DNA of 63,861 nucleotides, the filler included, from Hausera hauseri (taxonomy: Eukaryota): the NCBI GenBank assembly GCA_046269625.1. It is 11 parts of 11 records of this genome, joined end to end, with 100 filler letters (N's around TTAATTAATTAA, not from the genome) between each part and the next. Parts side by side here need not be neighbours in the genome. Positions count along the whole stretch, not along the records: positions 59,782 to 63,861 come from JBJURY010773981.1; 10 more parts are not named here. One strand, given 5' to 3'. Each line of letters starts with the position of its first letter. Positions within the stretch are counted from its first letter, which is position 1. Of this stretch, positions 59,930 through 63,861 are shown in pieces. The notes under the pieces are model-generated. The model saw nothing but the letters and a program-made list of their open reading frames with translations, had not been told where the DNA came from and did not search any database. A program made the translations under genes and the position numbers.

Positions 59930-62900
59930 TATGAGCTACAAATCTTGAGATGATTCCCCCATTCACCTCATCTTTGAATTTCTCAAGGACCTTCTTATTC
60001 TTCAAAGAAATTTCTATGGTCTTTTGGATAGTCGGACGTATCCATATGCTGCACCAATTGAGCAAAGTCGTCAAAGATGTCATCTGTATGGATCTCATAT
60101 ATGAAACTATCAACATACATATACATAAGCTGCAGCTCCTTGAATGTGGGGACCATGATGTCGTAGTGGAAGTCATACGTCAAGGTCTTTGATATATTCA
60201 ATATCGACATGCCCACATAAATTGGCTTGTTGAACTCAAGTGATGTGCTGCTGAGGACTTTCGAATTAGCAATCAGTTTCTTGGCCCTCTTCCCATCAGA
60301 GACCAGTTCGATATTAATCTTGTTTCTGATGTTCTCCATCGTTTGCCAAAAACGCTGTTATTCAGCTTGAATTGGTCTTTTTCGAAGTCGGTTTTAGCAT
60401 TGGTCTGCAACTGCGTATTGAAGTTTACATAAGGTTTAAACCATGTACATTGGCTGAACTGCAGGGCCCGATGGATCTTCGTGATGTAGAGTCCCTTCTT
60501 CATTGCTTGGTGGAGATTGATGTAGTGCGCTACATATCTCTCCATACTATCCAGATGGCACAGCAGCTTTCTGTGTTTTCCATTAGGCGGCTGCTTGGTC
60601 TCTTGGAGGAAAAGCAGCTCTTCATGCCTTATGTGGATGGAATGTGAATATTTCATATCCACCTCCAGTAAGTAGCCCGTAACTCCATTGTATTGCGATG
60701 TCTTTGGGATGCTTGACCCATTGGAAGTTATCCTACGGCAATGGGGCGCTCATTGTCCATCCATACAAGTTGTTGACATCCAAGTATGTGATATACGAGG
60801 ATGGCTTTGATGAGTCATATTAGGCTATATACTTGTTGGCCTCACTATACCAGTGAATGGCCTGGCATATTCCACCTCTAATGCCTCCCTCGATCATGAA
60901 GATCATGTTATAATCTTTCAAGATCAGTAGCCTAATACCGGTATATCGAAACATTGCTGCCCAACTCATTCCTGGAACTGTGAAGAAATGAGCTGGATCC
61001 AGCCTGTAACTTGCAAGTGACAGCGAAAGCTTTCAAAGACATCCGTCAGCAACAGCACATCGGCTTGGAGATATGTCACTATATTCTCCTATTATTCTAC
61101 ATTTCAATGCTTCCCAGGCCTTTTGTGCGTGTTGATAATCCGCATCGCTGATATCCAAGTCTGAAAGCTGACTGTAAGAGTCCTTGGCCGGCAATGCTGT
61201 TTCCTCCAGTGATCCGCATGTGATGTAATCGTATGGGAAGATTCCTTTCCTTTTGAGCAAGTCAATTATAGTACGAAAAAATCGCTTCGTCTCCTTCAGT
61301 TCTTCTGCTGGGAGAATCTTCACTAGGCTATTAAGTGAAGACATGAATCAAAAACTGCATACGTAGCGGAATCGGACTTTTCCAACATGCTTCGTAAAGG
61401 TGACATTTCTCCCCACTGTTGGAAATCACATCGATGTTACCCTCAATGTTTCACAATTCTCGGACTATGAAATAGGAATCATAACCACTGATATTGTGGA
61501 ATACTACAGGCACAAATACCACTGTTCTGCAACGTAGATTGCAATTGTTGCAGGCTGAATCTTGATATTTGCCTGTAAAATGGCAGTGACTCCTGAATTT
61601 GCGATTCTCCGTTGTGAAGGATATGGAGCATAAGTAGCATATTGTTGCCTCGAGCCATTCTACTTCTTTCTTTTTTGACATGGTCATTTTATTCAAATCC
61701 TTATGCTGCTGCAACATAACTTCAATTCTATGGGCCATTTCTTCTAATCATTTCATAAAATGTAATGGTGCATTTAGATCCCTGAATAGAAATGGCTCCT
61801 TGTCCAGTCCTTTTGCATATATACAATATGACGAGGTCGTGAAATTTATATGCTGTCGTGGTGCTTTGTTGCGAATTCGGACTACGACTCTGAACTGGAC
61901 TCAGGATTGATTCAAAGTAGCAACAGATGACTATTGGAACCTTGAGCTTCTTTTCGAACTCTAAATTCTATATGGTCCTCCTTGGGAAATTCTGTCCTGA
62001 TACAATAATTGCCGTTGCAGTACATTTTGTGTAAAGAGGAGCAGATCCCTATAATCTTCCAATTCGGCATCACATATTTGTAGCGGATAGAATTTATCTT
62101 CCTTCAATCCAAAGATATTGATATATTGTTGAGTTGCCCGAATTTTCTGACTTCATCTAAGGATGGTGGGAACGTAGTACATTGCAAGTCATAATTGTGC
62201 TGTAGATCATTATACAACCAAACTCGACTTGCATGCTTTTGATCCGGTACGAGTTTTGAAAGAATGGAGTATTTGAAACACATTGCGTCATCATTATGGA
62301 CATAAATGCATGCTTTTTTCTTAACGATCCATTCCGAAAGCTGTATATAGGAGGAGTACTTGTGCACAAACACAAGAAGTCTCTTTATGGTTACCAGAGT
62401 CCAGCCGGTTTTCTTGTCCTGGCTCTCTTCAGCTTCACGTATCAGTTATGCATGTTCCTCATGTAGAAACTCTGATATATTGCTGGCTTCCAATATTGGT
62501 TTATTTTTTCATCTAGAAGGCCCTATATGATTCCTCGCCATCGACATTGGTGAATGTGGCGTCTAATTTTAGATTAACTTTGACATCTTTGAGTTCCATC
62601 AAGTTATCTTGTAGGATACCACAAGTTTCGTCCTTTGAATAATCCAGGAAATCATGGAGTGTTAATTGTCCTGTTGCCACAATGACATATCGAGTCACTT
62701 TTGTTTTGAATGTATGATTCTCTGGATTACTTATCCTTTGTGCTTTGGATTGAGCATTTGAATTCTTTGCAATCCGTTTTAAACCTGTGTGATTAACTGA
62801 TTGCACTGATGTTTTTCAGGATTGGATACAATTCAAACCACTTCATCTTTATGCTCATTAAAAATCATCTTCCTTGACTAGGTTGTGAAACCACACAATT

Positions 62901-63409
62901 GAGTTTTATGATCATGAAACTGCTGATAGTCTGATTTGCTGATAATTTCACATTTTGTACATAAGTCCAGTTTGTTGAATACGTTTGTATAATATCGCTG
63001 CATTGTACTGTGGCAGTTCTGAGGAATGTGTACATCAAATGTAGTCTGTGTATAAATCACATTGTAAATTCAAAAATAGGTAATTAATTCAAGAGAGCAT
63101 AGTAAAAAATTACCATTTGTGGAAAAAAGTCATTGTAGGTTTATTTCAGTTCAATATTTGTTTCTTCGATGTTTCATAGAATTTCAGATGTTATTTATGC
63201 ACATTGTAAAAATCTTCATAGGTGTTTTTACATACTGCCTAACATATTGGACATAAAAAATATTCGCATATATTGAAACTGACTGAATATGGTTTCATCA
63301 CCATGTGACAATTCTGCTCATCATGAACATTTGCTAAGCAGTAGATACAGAATTTGCAATTCTAAATAAAAAGTTAAATTTCAGGAGAGCAAAATTTAAA
63401 ACCCACTAT
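59930..63409 (-). pseudogene. Maverick/Polinton pPolB gene with endonuclease VII-like zinc domain and N-terminal Cys/His modules, degenerate
   Basis: CYLC...HCHFTGKYQDSACNNCNL, FHNISGYDSYF, KRKGIFPYDY, LDPAHFFT, YLDVNNLYGW, KLNNSVFGK, YVDSF and KFKDE. Confidence 0.92.
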
Positions 63410-63861
63410 TCGCTGAAATGGTTTTAGAAATAATGAAAAATATAACCATGTCGACGAACCCTGTCTTGTTTATCGATTTTTTAGAATTAAAATTTGAATT
63501 TATATTTTTAATTCAACTTTGAATTTCAAATTTATTAATTTTGAATATTCTAGAACAAAATTAAAAAATGTTTTAATGCATCAACTGCATAAATTTTACC
63601 ACGCCAAATTAAAAATCTCAATAAAGTTTTCATATATGAAGAATAAATGGACTGGTCAAATTCTTCGAACAATTTACGGTTGACTGATTTTATGAGTTCG
63701 AATCGATAATTATTCGACTTGTGAAGCGGTTTTTAAATATATAATATCGGATTTGGATTCTCCATATATGGGTTCCTATCTGTCTACGCTTAAAGATTTA
63801 CCGATTTCTGTCTGCTTCAATTTCAAATTCGCATTTTAAGATTTTACAATTAATTAAACAA

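Noticed and set aside
1-63861. A single giant virus or composite element combining pPolB, capsids, RT, fusogen and NHE8
   Set aside because: The components lie on 11 unlinked contigs, and no NCLDV core genes are visible. The content fits eukaryotic repeat-rich DNA.

Overview
This window is not one continuous locus. It is 11 contigs joined by artificial 100-nt spacers (N44-TTAATTAATTAA-N44) at 5631-5730, 10031-10130, 19589-19688, 24190-24289, 28294-28393, 32520-32619, 41649-41748, 45786-45885, 54640-54739 and 59682-59781, so adjacency across spacers means nothing. The content is AT-rich eukaryotic DNA, probably from an invertebrate animal, dominated by mostly decayed mobile elements. These are: (i) Maverick/Polinton (adintovirus-like) remnants, comprising three protein-primed PolB loci with a shared intron-split, tandem Cys/His N-terminal module, two AGTAGG termini, and a minor capsid/core/major capsid cluster; (ii) at least five Ty3/Gypsy elements; (iii) a mariner transposon; and (iv) host-gene remnants (an intronless NHE8 pseudogene and an LMBR1-like fragment). 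The standout is a Gypsy family present in two diverged copies (19689-24189 and 32620-41648). It reads LTR-PBS-Gag(CCHC)-a ~1100-aa accessory region containing an internal ubiquitin-like domain-internal signal peptide-chuvirus-type (gB-like) glycoprotein-TM-PTAP tail-protease-Pol. This puts env between gag and pol, in what appears to be a single ancestral reading frame. Two related Gypsy pol contigs carry a second membrane protein (Cys-domain/FN3-like, type I) fused after integrase. All family assignments are from motif recognition by eye; no database searches were run.
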